The position numbers and the translations under genes are program-made. This document shows positions 8,653-19,580 of a stretch of 64,000 bases of DNA, piece after piece (position 1 is the stretch's first letter; every line of letters starts with the position of its first letter). Source of the DNA: an uncultured Alphaproteobacteria bacterium (GTDB taxonomy: Bacteria > Pseudomonadota > Alphaproteobacteria > HIMB59 > GCA-002718135); NCBI GenBank assembly GCA_902607435.1, contig CACLJX010000001.1:151289-215288 (forward strand). The letters run 5' to 3'. The notes beneath the pieces were generated by a model. The model was not told the origin of the DNA and did not search any database. It saw nothing but the letters and a program-made list of their open reading frames with translations.

Positions 8653-11579
8653 TAGGCACTTAATCTTTCATTTTTTGGATCTATAAATACAGGATTAGTT
8701 ATTTCTACCTCAATTGTTTTGTTTGGCATTGGCACATATAATGAGAATCCTTTTTTCTTTGTTCCTTCTTTAACTAAAGCAAGCGCGATTGATCTGCCTA
8801 AATTAGGTGAATAATAGCTTGAGGTGACGTGTCCAACCATTGGCATAGGGAGAGAAGATATTTTTTCAACTAGTTGTGCTCCTTCTTCTAAGATTTCTTT
8901 CGGGTCTTTTGTTAGTAATCCTACAAATTGTTTGCGGTCTTCTCTAATAGTATCGCTTCTATAAAGAGCGCGTTTACCAATAAAATCATATTTTTTCTTG
9001 CTTACTATCCAACTCATATCCAAGTCAATTGGAGTTACGGATCCATCAGTTTCTTGACCAACAATTATAAAACCTTTTTCTGCACGTAAAACATGCATAG
9101 CTTCTGTTCCATACGGGGTAACGTTATATTCTTTACCTAATTCAAAACATTTTAACCATAATGCTTTAGCATAACTTGATGGTACATTTATTTCATAACA
9201 CATTTCTCCTGTAAAGCTGATGCGCATGACACGGCAATTAACACCATCAATTTCTAAATTTTGAAAACTCATGTGAGGAAAATTCTCTTTTGAAAAATCG
9301 TGATTTGTACAAAGTTTTTTCATAAGTTCAGAAGAATAAGGGCCATTAAGGCTAATTGTAGCAAACTGCTCTGTTACTGATGTTAAATAAACTTTAAGCT
9401 CAGGCCATTCAGTTTGAAGCCAATCTTCTAATTTACCCAGAACACTTGCTGCATTTCCAGTTGTTGTTGTCATAACATAGTGATTTTCTTCAAGCCTACT
9501 AGTTACACCATCATCAATCACCATACCATCATCACCAAGCATTAATCCATAACGGCATTTTCCAATCTCAAGTTTTGACCATGCATTAGTATAAACTCTG
9601 TTAAGAAGTTCACTGGCATCCCTTCCTTTAATATCAATTTTACCTAAAGTAGATGCATCTAATATACCAATTCCATCTCTAGTTGCTTTTACTTCACGAT
9701 TTACTGCTTGATGCATGTCTTCGTTTTCTTTTGGATAGTACCAGGCTCTTTTCCATTGTCCAACATCTTCAAACTTAGCTCCTTGATCAACATGCCACTG
9801 ATGTATTGGGGTAGTTCTTTCTACATCAAAAAACTCTTTTACATGTCTTCCTGCCAGAGCACCAAAAGTTATGGGCGCATAAGGTAATCTAAAAGTAGTA
9901 GTACCGAGTTCATGAATTGGTATGCCTGATAATTTTGAAATAATTCCAAGAGCACTAATATTTCCAATTTTTCCTTGATCTGTTGCCATGCCGGTAGTTG
10001 TATAACGCTTTATATGTTCAATAGATCTATAACCTTCTCTTAGTGCAAGCTTTATATCTTTGGCAGTTACATCGTTTTGGAAATCAACAAACATTTTTGT
10101 TTTACCAAAATGTTTGTTTGAAGGAACGATCCAAAGGTGTTTTATTTTTTCATAAAAAATTTTTTTTGAGCTCAGTCTAGGCTCTTCATCAATTTTTTTT
10201 CCAAAATCAGTTAATAAAACTGATATTTTTGTATAAGTTTCCTTAAGAATTTCATCTAATTCAAACGTACCATTGCAGGCACCAATTGAAATTTCATTTT
10301 GGAACGACTTGTCTGGAATAAATGTTGCATCCGATTCTCTGTAAAATAATTTACCTTTAGATTGTGAAAATAGATGAATAGTAGGTGTCCAACCTCCAGA
10401 TACACAAAGAAGATCACAGGGTAATTTTTTAGATTTGCCAATTGTTTTATCTAAGCTTTCATTTAATTCACTAATTATAACTGAATTAATTTTTGATCTT
10501 CCTTTGGTATCAATTACTGCATGATTAAAAAAAATTTTAATTCCTAATTCTTTAGTTTTTTTTACAAGATCACCATTTGAATTTTTGCGTACATCAATTA
10601 TTGCATGAACTTCAACTTCTTCTTTATAAAAAAAATCGATTGCAGTCTGATAAGCAGTATCGTTATTTGAAAAAATAACAATTTTTTTTATATTTTTAGC
10701 AAAATAATGATTTTGATATTTTCGCGCACTGTTTGCCAACATAATTCCTGGTCTGTCATTATTATCAAAAGTTAAAAAACGTTCAATGGATCCAGTAGCC
10801 AATACTACTTTTGTAGCTCTTATTTTCCAAATGATTTGTCTTATTTTTTGGTGATTAATTTTTTGACAAGCAAGCAAATAATTAGAATGCATGTATGCAA
10901 AAACTGTTGAATTATTTATAATTTTTAAATTATCTTTATTATTTTGTTCTTCTAATTCTTTTATAATAACTTCATGGGTTTTAAATGAATCAGTATTCAA
11001 GTATTGACCACCCAATTCAGAACTTTGTTCTATAACTAATACTTTCAAATTTGTTTTTGCTAATAATTTTGCAGCATATAATCCGCTTATTCCCCCTCCT
11101 ACAATCAATACATCGCAGTGATAATGAAAATGTTCATATTGATGAGGATCATCTTTGGTTGGTGATTTACCTAATCCAGCAGCTCTTCTAATAAAATATT
11201 CATATTTTTCCCAAAATTTTGTGGGCCACATAAATGTTTTGTAATAAAATCCAGCTGGAAAAAAAGGAGAAAGTAAATCATTTATAGTTCCAAAATCAAA
11301 ATTTAAGGATGGCCAATTATTTTGTGAGGTAGCATGTAATCCTTCATAAATTTCAATTTCAGTCGCTCTTACATTGGGTTCAGTAATATCACCCAACTCT
11401 AATTGAACAATTGCATTCGGCTCTTCACTCCCAGCACTAATTATTCCTCTCGGCCTGTGGTATTTAAAACTTCTTCCAACTAAAAAGACCCCATTTCTAA
11501 TCAAAGCACTTGCAAGCGTGTCTCCTTTAAAACCAAAATATTTTTTACCATCAAAAGAAAAAGAAATTTTTTTGTTCAT
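8652..11579 (-). CDS. soxA: Sarcosine oxidase alpha subunit
   Basis: 975 aa. N-terminus FDGKKYFGFKGDTLASALIRNG, an NAD/FAD fold (DVLIVGGGISGLYAA) and a C-terminal GcvT-like domain (GILDASTLGKIDIKGRDA, GTEAMHVLRAEKG). Confidence 0.92.
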   Translation of the reverse strand: MNKKISFSFDGKKYFGFKGDTLASALIRNGVFLVGRSFKYHRPRGIISAGSEEPNAIVQLELGDITEPNVRATEIEIYEGLHATSQNNWPSLNFDFGTINDLLSPFFPAGFYYKTFMWPTKFWEKYEYFIRRAAGLGKSPTKDDPHQYEHFHYHCDVLIVGGGISGLYAAKLLAKTNLKVLVIEQSSELGGQYLNTDSFKTHEVIIKELEEQNNKDNLKIINNSTVFAYMHSNYLLACQKINHQKIRQIIWKIRATKVVLATGSIERFLTFDNNDRPGIMLANSARKYQNHYFAKNIKKIVIFSNNDTAYQTAIDFFYKEEVEVHAIIDVRKNSNGDLVKKTKELGIKIFFNHAVIDTKGRSKINSVIISELNESLDKTIGKSKKLPCDLLCVSGGWTPTIHLFSQSKGKLFYRESDATFIPDKSFQNEISIGACNGTFELDEILKETYTKISVLLTDFGKKIDEEPRLSSKKIFYEKIKHLWIVPSNKHFGKTKMFVDFQNDVTAKDIKLALREGYRSIEHIKRYTTTGMATDQGKIGNISALGIISKLSGIPIHELGTTTFRLPYAPITFGALAGRHVKEFFDVERTTPIHQWHVDQGAKFEDVGQWKRAWYYPKENEDMHQAVNREVKATRDGIGILDASTLGKIDIKGRDASELLNRVYTNAWSKLEIGKCRYGLMLGDDGMVIDDGVTSRLEENHYVMTTTTGNAASVLGKLEDWLQTEWPELKVYLTSVTEQFATISLNGPYSSELMKKLCTNHDFSKENFPHMSFQNLEIDGVNCRVMRISFTGEMCYEINVPSSYAKALWLKCFELGKEYNVTPYGTEAMHVLRAEKGFIIVGQETDGSVTPIDLDMSWIVSKKKYDFIGKRALYRSDTIREDRKQFVGLLTKDPKEILEEGAQLVEKISSLPMPMVGHVTSSYYSPNLGRSIALALVKEGTKKKGFSLYVPMPNKTIEVEITNPVFIDPKNERLSA

Positions 11580-11581
11580 AA

Positions 11582-11935
11582 TTATTTTTTTTTATAAGAG
11601 GTTGAAATGTTCCCTGATCCAATTGAGGGTTCTCCGGATGGAGTTTGAGGAGCGATACCAGTAACATGAGGTGGTTGTTCTCCCATATTGTAGATTTTTA
11701 AAATTTCATCAGTTGCTGTATTTCTTGCAACATTGAACCATCTACGACATCCATTTGAATGATTCCATCTTTCAAATTGTATTCCTTTAATGTTTTTTCG
11801 CATGAACAGATAATCAGCCCATTGATCATCTGTTAAATCAGAAGGGTTTTTTGGGCGAACTATATGCGCTTCACCTCCACAGCTAAATTCACCCTGATCT
11901 CTTTCACCACAATAAGGACAATTAATTAAAAACAT
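11582..11935 (-). CDS. soxD: Sarcosine oxidase delta subunit
   Basis: 117 aa. N-terminal zinc-ribbon-like motif MFLINCPYCGERDQGEF characteristic of SoxD. Lies between soxB and soxA. Confidence 0.9.
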   Translation of the reverse strand: MFLINCPYCGERDQGEFSCGGEAHIVRPKNPSDLTDDQWADYLFMRKNIKGIQFERWNHSNGCRRWFNVARNTATDEILKIYNMGEQPPHVTGIAPQTPSGEPSIGSGNISTSYKKK

Positions 11936-11940
11936 ATTTA

Positions 11941-13203
11941 TTAATGGGCAACCGCTGCAGCACCATGTTCATCAACTAATTCACCACTTGAAAAGCGATT
12001 AATAGTAAAAGGTGCATTTAATTTATGAGGTTCATCATTTGCAATTGTATGAGCAAATACCCAACCAGATCCTGGGGTTGCTTTAAAGCCCCCTGTTCCC
12101 CAGCCACAATTAAAATAAAGTCCGTTAATGTGTGTTTTACTAACTATTGGACTTGCATCAGGGCATATATCAACAATACCCCCCCAATGTCTAAGCATTT
12201 TCATTCTTGAGAAAAGTGGAAATAATTCGACAACCGCTGTGATTGTATCTTCTACAATATTAAAACCACCACGTTGCGTATAAGATGTGTAACCATCTGT
12301 TCCAGCACCTATAACTAATTCACCTTTATCTGATTGTGAGACATAAGCATGAATTGTATTTGACATAACAACTGTATCAATTATTGGCTTTACAGGTTCT
12401 GAAACCAAAGCTTGTAATGGCCTGCTTTCTAAAGGCAGTTTAATACCTACCATATTCGCAATAACACTTGAATGACCAGCTGCAACGACTCCAATTTTTT
12501 TAGATTTGATTAATCCTTTTGTGGTTTCAATTCCAGTTACTTGACCATTATTAATATTTATATTTGTTACTTCACAATTTTGAATAATATCAACACCCAT
12601 GGCATCTGCACCTCTGGCATATCCCCAAGCAACTGCGTCATGTCTAGCTGTGCCTCCGCGGCGCTGTAAAGTTGCACCCAAAACAGGATATCGAATATTT
12701 GGAGAAGTATTAATAATCGGGCAAAATTCTTTAACTTGCTTTGTATTTAACCATTCACAATCAATATCATTTAAACGATTAGCATGCCAACGTCGCTTCA
12801 ACTCTCTTACATCATGAAGTGTGTGTGCAACATTCATTACGCCTCTTTGAGAAAACATTACATTATAATTTAATTCTTGTGACATACCTTCCCATAATTT
12901 AAGAGCATGTTCATATAGAGCAGCACTTTGATCCCATAGATAATTTGATCTAATTATTGTCGTGTTTCTTCCTGTGTTGCCTCCACCTATCCAACCTTTT
13001 TCAACCACAGCTATATTTGTAATTCCGTAATTTTTTGCAAGATAATAGGCAGTAGTTAAACCATGTCCACCACCACCAATTATTATTGCATCATATTCTT
13101 TTTTTGGTTCAGGAGATTTCCAAACTGGTTGCCAATTTTCATGGTAAGATAGCGCGTTTTTAATTAAAGAAAAAATAGAATATTTTTTTGGTTTTTTATG
13201 CAT
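11941..13203 (-). CDS. soxB: Sarcosine oxidase beta subunit
   Basis: 420 aa. FAD fold [19 protein letters not shown] and DAO-family body. First gene of the soxBDAG order. Confidence 0.92.
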   Translation of the reverse strand: MHKKPKKYSIFSLIKNALSYHENWQPVWKSPEPKKEYDAIIIGGGGHGLTTAYYLAKNYGITNIAVVEKGWIGGGNTGRNTTIIRSNYLWDQSAALYEHALKLWEGMSQELNYNVMFSQRGVMNVAHTLHDVRELKRRWHANRLNDIDCEWLNTKQVKEFCPIINTSPNIRYPVLGATLQRRGGTARHDAVAWGYARGADAMGVDIIQNCEVTNININNGQVTGIETTKGLIKSKKIGVVAAGHSSVIANMVGIKLPLESRPLQALVSEPVKPIIDTVVMSNTIHAYVSQSDKGELVIGAGTDGYTSYTQRGGFNIVEDTITAVVELFPLFSRMKMLRHWGGIVDICPDASPIVSKTHINGLYFNCGWGTGGFKATPGSGWVFAHTIANDEPHKLNAPFTINRFSSGELVDEHGAAAVAH

Positions 13204-13234
13204 TTTTATAGATTAAAATTAATCTATAACAGTT

Positions 13235-14902
13235 TTAGAAAAGACCTTCAATTTGTCCATTTTCGTTAAGATGAATAGAATTTGCGGCAGGAACACTTGG
13301 AAGCCCAGGCATGGTCATTATTTCTCCACAAACAACAACAATAAACTCAGCCCCACTTGAAAGTCTAACCTCTCTTATTGGGATGGTATGTTTACTAGGA
13401 GCTCCTTTAAGACTGGGATCAGTGGAAAAACTATATTGAGTTTTTGCAATGCAAATAGGAAAATCCCCATAACCATTTTCCTCAAATTGTTTTAATTGAG
13501 ATTTAATTTTAGTGTCAGCAATTATTTCGTTAGCATCATAAATTTCTTTAGCGATAGTTTTAATTTTTTCAAATAAAGGCATTTTATCTTCATATAAAAA
13601 TTTGAAAGAAGTTTTTTGATTAACTAGATCCACAACTTTTTTTGCTAGTTCAACTGCTCCTTCCCCACCTTTTGACCAATGTTGGCAAAGAACAGATTCA
13701 ACACCAATTTTATCACATTCTTCTTGAAGTGCTTTCATTTCATTTTCTGTATCAGCAACAAAATGATTTATTGCAACTATGATTGGCAGACCAAATTTTT
13801 TAATATTGTCAACATGACGATTTAAATTTGAAATACCCAATCTAACTGCTTCTACATTTTCATTTCCTAGATCTTCTTTTTTAACACCACCATGCATCTT
13901 AAGTGCCCTAATTGTAGCTACAAGAACTACTCCATTGGGTTCTAAACCTGATTTACGACATTTAATGTTAAAAAACTTTTCAGCTCCAAGATCAGCACCG
14001 AAACCAGCTTCAGTAATAACATAGTCGGATAGTTTAAGACTTGTTTGTGTAGCGATTACACTATTACAACCGTGCGCAATATTAGCAAAAGGACCTCCAT
14101 GAATAATAGCTGGATTGTTTTCAAGTGTCTGTACAAGATTGGGCATTAGAGCTTCTTTAAGCAATACAGTCATAGGTCCTTCAGCTTTTAAATCTTTAGC
14201 AAAAATTGGTTTTTTATCACGTGTATAGGCAACAGTTATATTCCCCAATCGTCTTTCAAGGTCTTTTAAATCTGATGCGAGACAAAATATAGCCATGACT
14301 TCAGAGGCTACGGTTATATTAAAGCCATCTATGCGAGGATAACCATTTTTTGTTCCACCCAAGTTAGCTGTAATTTCTCTTAAGGCCCTATCATTAAGAT
14401 CTACACATCTTTTCCAAGATATCCTGCGCACATCAATCCCAAGTTTGTTGCCCCAATAAATATGGTTATCAATTAATGATGCTAATAAATTATTGGCTGA
14501 TGTTATTGCATGAAAATCACCAGTAAAATGTAGATTAATGTTCTCCATTGGTACAACTTGTGCGTAGCCACCTCCAGCTGCTCCACCCTTCATACCAAAA
14601 CTTGGACCAAGACTAGGTTCGCGAAGACATACAATACTTTTTTTTCCAATTTTACATAATCCATCATTTAAACCAACTGATGTGGTTGTTTTTCCTTCGC
14701 CAGCTGGAGTTGGTGTAATTGCTGTTACTAATATAAGTTTCGATTTTTTTTCCGATATTTTATTTTTAGTATTTAAGATTATTTTTGCAGCAAAATGACC
14801 AAATGGATTAAGAGATTCTTCATCAACATTAATTTTTTTTGCAATTTCTCTGATGGGTTTTTTATTTGCATTACGAGCAATTTCTATATCAGATAAAACC
14901 AT
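13235..14902 (-). CDS. fhs: Formate--tetrahydrofolate ligase
   Basis: 555 aa. P-loop region [16 protein letters not shown] and conserved FTHFS-family blocks ([14 protein letters not shown]). Confidence 0.95.
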   Translation of the reverse strand: MVLSDIEIARNANKKPIREIAKKINVDEESLNPFGHFAAKIILNTKNKISEKKSKLILVTAITPTPAGEGKTTTSVGLNDGLCKIGKKSIVCLREPSLGPSFGMKGGAAGGGYAQVVPMENINLHFTGDFHAITSANNLLASLIDNHIYWGNKLGIDVRRISWKRCVDLNDRALREITANLGGTKNGYPRIDGFNITVASEVMAIFCLASDLKDLERRLGNITVAYTRDKKPIFAKDLKAEGPMTVLLKEALMPNLVQTLENNPAIIHGGPFANIAHGCNSVIATQTSLKLSDYVITEAGFGADLGAEKFFNIKCRKSGLEPNGVVLVATIRALKMHGGVKKEDLGNENVEAVRLGISNLNRHVDNIKKFGLPIIVAINHFVADTENEMKALQEECDKIGVESVLCQHWSKGGEGAVELAKKVVDLVNQKTSFKFLYEDKMPLFEKIKTIAKEIYDANEIIADTKIKSQLKQFEENGYGDFPICIAKTQYSFSTDPSLKGAPSKHTIPIREVRLSSGAEFIVVVCGEIMTMPGLPSVPAANSIHLNENGQIEGLF

Positions 14903-15006
14903 GTTAATTTTTTATTAAAATCTCTACAACTTTTTTAAATTGTGTGGAAACAATAATTTCATCATTGGAAATAATACAAGCAAACAGTTGAGCCTCTCTT
15001 TTTAGA

Positions 15007-15903
15007 TTAAAATATTTCGAATCCATTGCTATTTTTAAATTTTAAATGATTGTCTAATATAGTATTCATCCATTGTGAAGTTTTTTTCATTCCTCCAAAA
15101 GGATAGAGATGAAGTTTTTTAAGTTTAGATGAAGGATTAATAAATTTATATTCAGCAAGATCTGCAATTAATTTATCAGGTGTTTTGGTTTTTGCTATTT
15201 TTGTAATTTTTAAGGCTTGTTTGGATAAAAAATTAAATGAATTTATAATTCCACAAGATTTTGCATAAGATATTAGTGTATTTAATGTTGCAGGACCAGG
15301 AATGCCAGCATGAATATCCATTTTATTTCCAAGTGCAGCAATATGTTTTTCCCATAATTCAAAAGATTTTGCCTCAAAAAAAAATTGAGTCACGAGGTAT
15401 AATTTAAAATCTGCATTTTTTGCAAATTGATTTTTTTCAATAATTGCCTTATCAAGTATTTTATCAGGAATTTCTGGATGACCTTCTGGATGTCCAGCGA
15501 GACCTACACTTTCAAAATTGAATTTTGATAATAGATCAGTTTGTAGGACCTCTAAACTTGAATTAATATTGCCAACTTGACTACCTCCTCCTCCAATAAT
15601 GAGAATTTTTTTACAACCGGCATCTTCAGATAAATTACCAATATATTTTTCTAACATTGCGTAATTTTTTATTGATCTAACAGGTAAATGAGGAATGGCA
15701 TTTAATCCTTCTAAAATAATTTTTTTTGATGTATTAATTACTCTCAAAGGATCCTCGTTTTGAAGATAAGTTATATAAACCTCATTATTATGTGGGAGAT
15801 AATTTTTTAATTCTCCAATTTTATCATATACATTTGGAGCAGTTTCAATAGAATAATCCTTAACTAACAATTTAATATTAATTTCTTTTTGATTTAAATT
15901 CAT
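15007..15903 (-). CDS. Methylenetetrahydrofolate reductase (MetF) family protein
   Basis: MetF-like TIM-barrel pattern (YSIETAPN.., GLAGHPEGHPE, YLVTQFFFE, IHAGIPGP). I chose the start at the internal Met (15903). The ORF-track start at 15978 would overlap the divergent trhO by 39 nt. The start is uncertain. Confidence 0.75.
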   Translation of the reverse strand: MNLNQKEINIKLLVKDYSIETAPNVYDKIGELKNYLPHNNEVYITYLQNEDPLRVINTSKKIILEGLNAIPHLPVRSIKNYAMLEKYIGNLSEDAGCKKILIIGGGGSQVGNINSSLEVLQTDLLSKFNFESVGLAGHPEGHPEIPDKILDKAIIEKNQFAKNADFKLYLVTQFFFEAKSFELWEKHIAALGNKMDIHAGIPGPATLNTLISYAKSCGIINSFNFLSKQALKITKIAKTKTPDKLIADLAEYKFINPSSKLKKLHLYPFGGMKKTSQWMNTILDNHLKFKNSNGFEIF

Positions 15904-15939
15904 TTGCAATCTATTAAATAAATTTATTTTAGCTACTAG

Positions 15940-16875
15940 ATGAATAATATCAATTTTACTATCATTTCTTTTTATCAATTTCGTAAATTAATATATTTAG
16001 ATAAAATTAAAAAAACTTTAAAAGAATTTTGCAGTTTTCATAAAATGAGAGGAACAATTTTGCTTGCTAATGAGGGCATGAATGGCACGATTGCGGGTTT
16101 AAGTAATTCAGTTAATTTATTAGAAAAGAAACTTAAATTAATGGGATTCGATAATTTGGAACTTAAATATTCATTTTATAAATATATGCCATTTAATCGT
16201 TTAAAAATAAAAGTTAAAAAAGAAATAATTACTTTTTCTCGATCTAAATTAGATGTTGAGAAAAATACTGCAAATTATGTTGATGCTAAAAATTGGAATA
16301 ATTTTATACAAAATAAAGACACTTTGATATTAGATGTTCGTAATAAATTTGAATGTCAAATTGGTTCATTTAGAAATGCAATAAATCCCAAAATAAATAA
16401 TTTTTCTGATTTAAAAGAATATATAAATGATAAATTGATTTCTAAAAAAAATAAAAATATAGCAATGTTTTGTACAGGAGGCATAAGATGTGAGAAAGCA
16501 TCTTCATATATGATACATAAAGGATTTAAAAATTTATTTCAATTGAAAGGAGGAGTATTAAAATATTTTGAAAAAATTCCCAAAGAAAAATCAAGATGGA
16601 AAGGTGAATGTTTTGTTTTTGATAACAGAGTTTCTGTTAAAAAAGATTTGACAATCGGTACATACGAATTATGTTTTGGTTGTAGAATGCCATTAAGTAA
16701 AGCCAATCTCAAATCATTTAAATTTGAGAAAGGTGTCACTTGTCCAAAATGTTTTGATAAAATTTCAAAGAATAAAAAAATAAAACTACGTGAACGTAAT
16801 AAACAAATTCACATTGCAAAAAAGAAAGGATTATATAATCCATATATTGTTTATTCTCCTTCAGATTTTTTTTAA
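15940..16875 (+). CDS. trhO: Rhodanese-domain tRNA uridine(34) hydroxylase (TrhO/YceA, UPF0176)
   Basis: 311 aa. FYQF N-terminal block, rhodanese active-site loop MFCTGGIRCEKAS and a C-terminal Cys-rich tail (CFGC..CPKC). Confidence 0.85.
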   Translation: MNNINFTIISFYQFRKLIYLDKIKKTLKEFCSFHKMRGTILLANEGMNGTIAGLSNSVNLLEKKLKLMGFDNLELKYSFYKYMPFNRLKIKVKKEIITFSRSKLDVEKNTANYVDAKNWNNFIQNKDTLILDVRNKFECQIGSFRNAINPKINNFSDLKEYINDKLISKKNKNIAMFCTGGIRCEKASSYMIHKGFKNLFQLKGGVLKYFEKIPKEKSRWKGECFVFDNRVSVKKDLTIGTYELCFGCRMPLSKANLKSFKFEKGVTCPKCFDKISKNKKIKLRERNKQIHIAKKKGLYNPYIVYSPSDFF

Positions 16876-16918
16876 AAAATTGTTTATTTAATTACAATAT
16901 CAATATATACAGTTTCAT

Positions 16919-17113
16919 ATGGCAAAAAAATCATCCTTTGCATTAAAACAACTTGTTCCAGAAGAAAATCCTAAAACTGGAACAAAATATATTGTTCGTA
17001 AACCAACCAAAGGATTGAAAGTTGCAGAAAAACTACGAATGAAAAAATACGATCCAGTATTAAAAAAACACGTATGGTTTGTAGAAAAAAAAATGCCTCC
17101 TCATAGCAAGTAG
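16919..17113 (+). CDS. rpmG: 50S ribosomal protein L33
   Basis: 64 aa. KLRMKKYDPVLKKHVWFVEKKM resembles the conserved L33 C-terminal block (..KYDPV..KHV.F.E.K). Confidence 0.75.
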   Translation: MAKKSSFALKQLVPEENPKTGTKYIVRKPTKGLKVAEKLRMKKYDPVLKKHVWFVEKKMPPHSK

Positions 17114-17154
17114 CAATTTAATAAATTTTAATTGTTATTTAGGTAAATATTATT

Positions 17155-17691
17155 TCAATCTTTAATAACTTTTTTGCGAGTTTTATTAAGAGATTTTTCT
17201 AAGTCTTCATAGGAGCATAATCCTATATCCATTGGACTTTTTGTTTCAAGTACGGCTTCTCTGTATGTTCCGTTACGAATTGCATCAACAGTATTTTTTG
17301 TAGAGCCAGTAAGTTTTGCAATTTGAGAATCACTTAGTTCATTAGTATAACGCCTTATTAACCAAAGTATAGCATATGGTTTTTCTTGTCTAAAAGAGAT
17401 AGGTGTGTACTTTGTATCTTTTTTTCGAGGTCTCAAGTTTTCAACTACAGTGGATAAAACTAATTGCAATTTAGCATTTTTATCTTGTTCACATCTCTTA
17501 ATTTCCTCTTTAGTTAATTGATTATTATCAATAGGGTCATAGCCTTGCATACCTATAGCAACTTCCCCATCTGCAATTCCTTGAACTTCAAGTTCATGCA
17601 AAAAGCAGAATTCTGATATTTGTTTAAAAGTAAGACTAGTATTTTCAATAAGCCATACAGCAGTAGCTTTTGGCATTAGTGGTATTTTCAT
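17155..17691 (-). CDS. DUF1013-family protein (TrcR-like cell-cycle regulator family of alphaproteobacteria)
   Basis: 178 aa. N-terminus PLMPKATAVWLIENTSLTFKQISEFCFLHELEVQGIADGEVA matches my memory of the DUF1013 consensus. Confidence 0.75.
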   Translation of the reverse strand: MKIPLMPKATAVWLIENTSLTFKQISEFCFLHELEVQGIADGEVAIGMQGYDPIDNNQLTKEEIKRCEQDKNAKLQLVLSTVVENLRPRKKDTKYTPISFRQEKPYAILWLIRRYTNELSDSQIAKLTGSTKNTVDAIRNGTYREAVLETKSPMDIGLCSYEDLEKSLNKTRKKVIKD

Positions 17692-17759
17692 TTTTTTCCT
17701 TTAAATAATTATTTACGTCTTATAAGTATAATAGAATTAAATATATAAAAAAAAAACTT

Positions 17760-17942
17760 ATGAGTGATTTTTTAGAATATGAAAAAGATACAAAAACTAT
17801 AAAATCTATTAATCTTGAAGATTTTAGTATTGAAGATCTTGAGGAATATGTTGGGGAACTAACAAAAGAGTTAGAAAGGGCTATGAAAGAAATAGAGAAA
17901 AAAGCTAAAATCCAGTATGAAGCTAAAAAACTCTTTAAGTAG
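17760..17942 (+). CDS. Small coiled-coil protein, DUF1192-like
   Basis: 60 aa. The LEDFSIEDLEEYVGELTKELERAMKEIEKK pattern resembles DUF1192. The call is weak because the ORF is short and low in complexity. Confidence 0.45.
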   Translation: MSDFLEYEKDTKTIKSINLEDFSIEDLEEYVGELTKELERAMKEIEKKAKIQYEAKKLFK

Positions 17943-17945
17943 TTT

Positions 17946-18176
17946 TTATTTACCTATTTTTTTCATGCCTTTAAAGCGTTTTTCAAACCTTGCTACTTGA
18001 CCTTCAGTATCGTTAATATTTGCTTTACCTCCTGTCCAAGCAGGATGTGATTTAGGGTCGATTTCAAGTTTAAGAGTATCTGAAGCTTTACCCCATGTTG
18101 ATCTAGTTTTAAAAGTTGAACCATCAGTCATAACAACTTCGATTTCATGATAGTCTGGATGTATATTTTTTTTCAT
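17946..18176 (-). CDS. rpmE: 50S ribosomal protein L31
   Basis: 76 aa. [27 protein letters not shown] and HPAWTG blocks typical of L31. Confidence 0.9.
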   Translation of the reverse strand: MKKNIHPDYHEIEVVMTDGSTFKTRSTWGKASDTLKLEIDPKSHPAWTGGKANINDTEGQVARFEKRFKGMKKIGK

Positions 18177-18213
18177 TATTGTGCTTTATAGTTAAAGAAA
18201 TTATAAAGTAAAG

Positions 18214-19005
18214 TTAGATTTTATTTTCATTTAATTTTTGCTGAACGATCTCATGAATTTTTATATTTGAAGCTAAAATATCTTTAGAATTTATACTCCA
18301 AGAATCACCAGAAGGTTCGGTTATTTTTCCTCCAGCTTCCTTGATCAGAAGCACTCCGGAACAAACATCCCACAAATTAAGATTTCTTTCCCAAAATGCA
18401 TCAAGTTTTCCAGCTGCAACATAAGCAAGATCAATTGATGCGCAACCAAGACGTCTTAATCCTGAACATGCTTTTGAAATTTGATCAATTTCTATTAAAT
18501 AATTATTATATATTTTATTTATATGAGGTATTCCTGTTCCAACGATACATTCTAAAAAATTTTCTCTTTTTGAAACTCTCAATCTTGCATTGTTGCACCA
18601 TGCTCCCTTACCTCTAGACGCCCAAAAAAAATCATTAGTAATAGGGTTAAATACAACTCCATCTATGATTTCATTTTTATATAATCTAGCTATAACAATA
18701 CTAAATATAGGTATTCCATGTATAAAATTAGTTGTCCCATCTATAGGATCAATTACAATTAATTCTTCATCACTACCCTTAATATTTCCTTTTTCTTCGG
18801 ATAAAAATGAATAATTTGGATAATAATATTGCAATGTTTCAAATAATATTTGTTCAGATTTTAAATCAGCATTTGTTACAAAATCACCCAAATTTTTTGA
18901 TTGAATTTGAAGATTTTCAATTTCACCAAAATCTTTAATAAGAGTTTTTCCTGCTCTTCTTACAGCTTTTTCAAAAATATTAATGATTGGAGGTTGGCTG
19001 TCCAC
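18214..19005 (-). CDS. Inositol monophosphatase family protein (SuhB/HisN-like)
   Basis: 263 aa. IMPase motifs are present: SEEKG, VIDPIDGTTNF, WDVCSGVLLIKEAGG. Confidence 0.88.
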   Translation of the reverse strand: MDSQPPIINIFEKAVRRAGKTLIKDFGEIENLQIQSKNLGDFVTNADLKSEQILFETLQYYYPNYSFLSEEKGNIKGSDEELIVIDPIDGTTNFIHGIPIFSIVIARLYKNEIIDGVVFNPITNDFFWASRGKGAWCNNARLRVSKRENFLECIVGTGIPHINKIYNNYLIEIDQISKACSGLRRLGCASIDLAYVAAGKLDAFWERNLNLWDVCSGVLLIKEAGGKITEPSGDSWSINSKDILASNIKIHEIVQQKLNENKI

Positions 19006-19007
19006 TA

Positions 19008-19577
19008 TTAGTTTTTAGCTTTTTCAACATAAGAAGTATTATTTGTATTAATAACTACTTTATCACCTACTTCAATAAAAGGAGGAACATTTGTCTGAAT
19101 ATTTCTTTCCAATACGGCGGGTTTATATGAAGAGGCAGCAGTTTGTCCTTTAATAGCTACTTCAGTTTCAATAACTTTAAGTGTTATATGATCTGGCAAG
19201 ATTATTGAAACAGGTTTTAATTCGTATAATTGGATAATTATTTTGTCGTTTTCTATTAAAAATTTTTCTTGATTTTTGTTTACAACATTATTGTCAATTT
19301 CAATTTGTTCAAAGTTTTTATTATCCATAAAATAAAATTTACCATCACTAGAATATAAAAATTGAAACTCTTTTTCCTCTAAAATAGCCCTTTCAACACT
19401 TTCAGAAGATCTAAAACGTTCATTCATTTTGGTACCTTCGTTGAGTTCTTTCATTTCAGTTTGTATGTATGCACCACCTTTGCCAGGTTGAGTATGTTGA
19501 GTTTTAGTAACACGCCAAAGTTTTGAATTTATCTTAAGTATATTTCCAACTTTGACTTGGTTACCATCAATTTTCAT
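19008..19577 (-). CDS. efp: Elongation factor P
   Basis: 189 aa. The KPGKGGA-type loop (HTQPGKGGAYIQTEMKEL) and overall EF-P pattern. Confidence 0.92.
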   Translation of the reverse strand: MKIDGNQVKVGNILKINSKLWRVTKTQHTQPGKGGAYIQTEMKELNEGTKMNERFRSSESVERAILEEKEFQFLYSSDGKFYFMDNKNFEQIEIDNNVVNKNQEKFLIENDKIIIQLYELKPVSIILPDHITLKVIETEVAIKGQTAASSYKPAVLERNIQTNVPPFIEVGDKVVINTNNTSYVEKAKN

Positions 19578-19580
19578 AAA

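Noticed and set aside
14903-15006. Possible riboswitch (ZTP/pfl, THF or glycine type) in the 104-nt leader upstream of fhs.
   Set aside because: The reverse-complement reads TCTAAAAAGAGAGGCTCAACTGTTTGCTTGTATTATTTCCAATGATGAAATT.... I could find no conserved riboswitch core (for example no GGGTCGTGAC...CCGCCTGGG-like ZTP elements) and no convincing stem structure. It would need an Infernal/Rfam scan to exclude formally.
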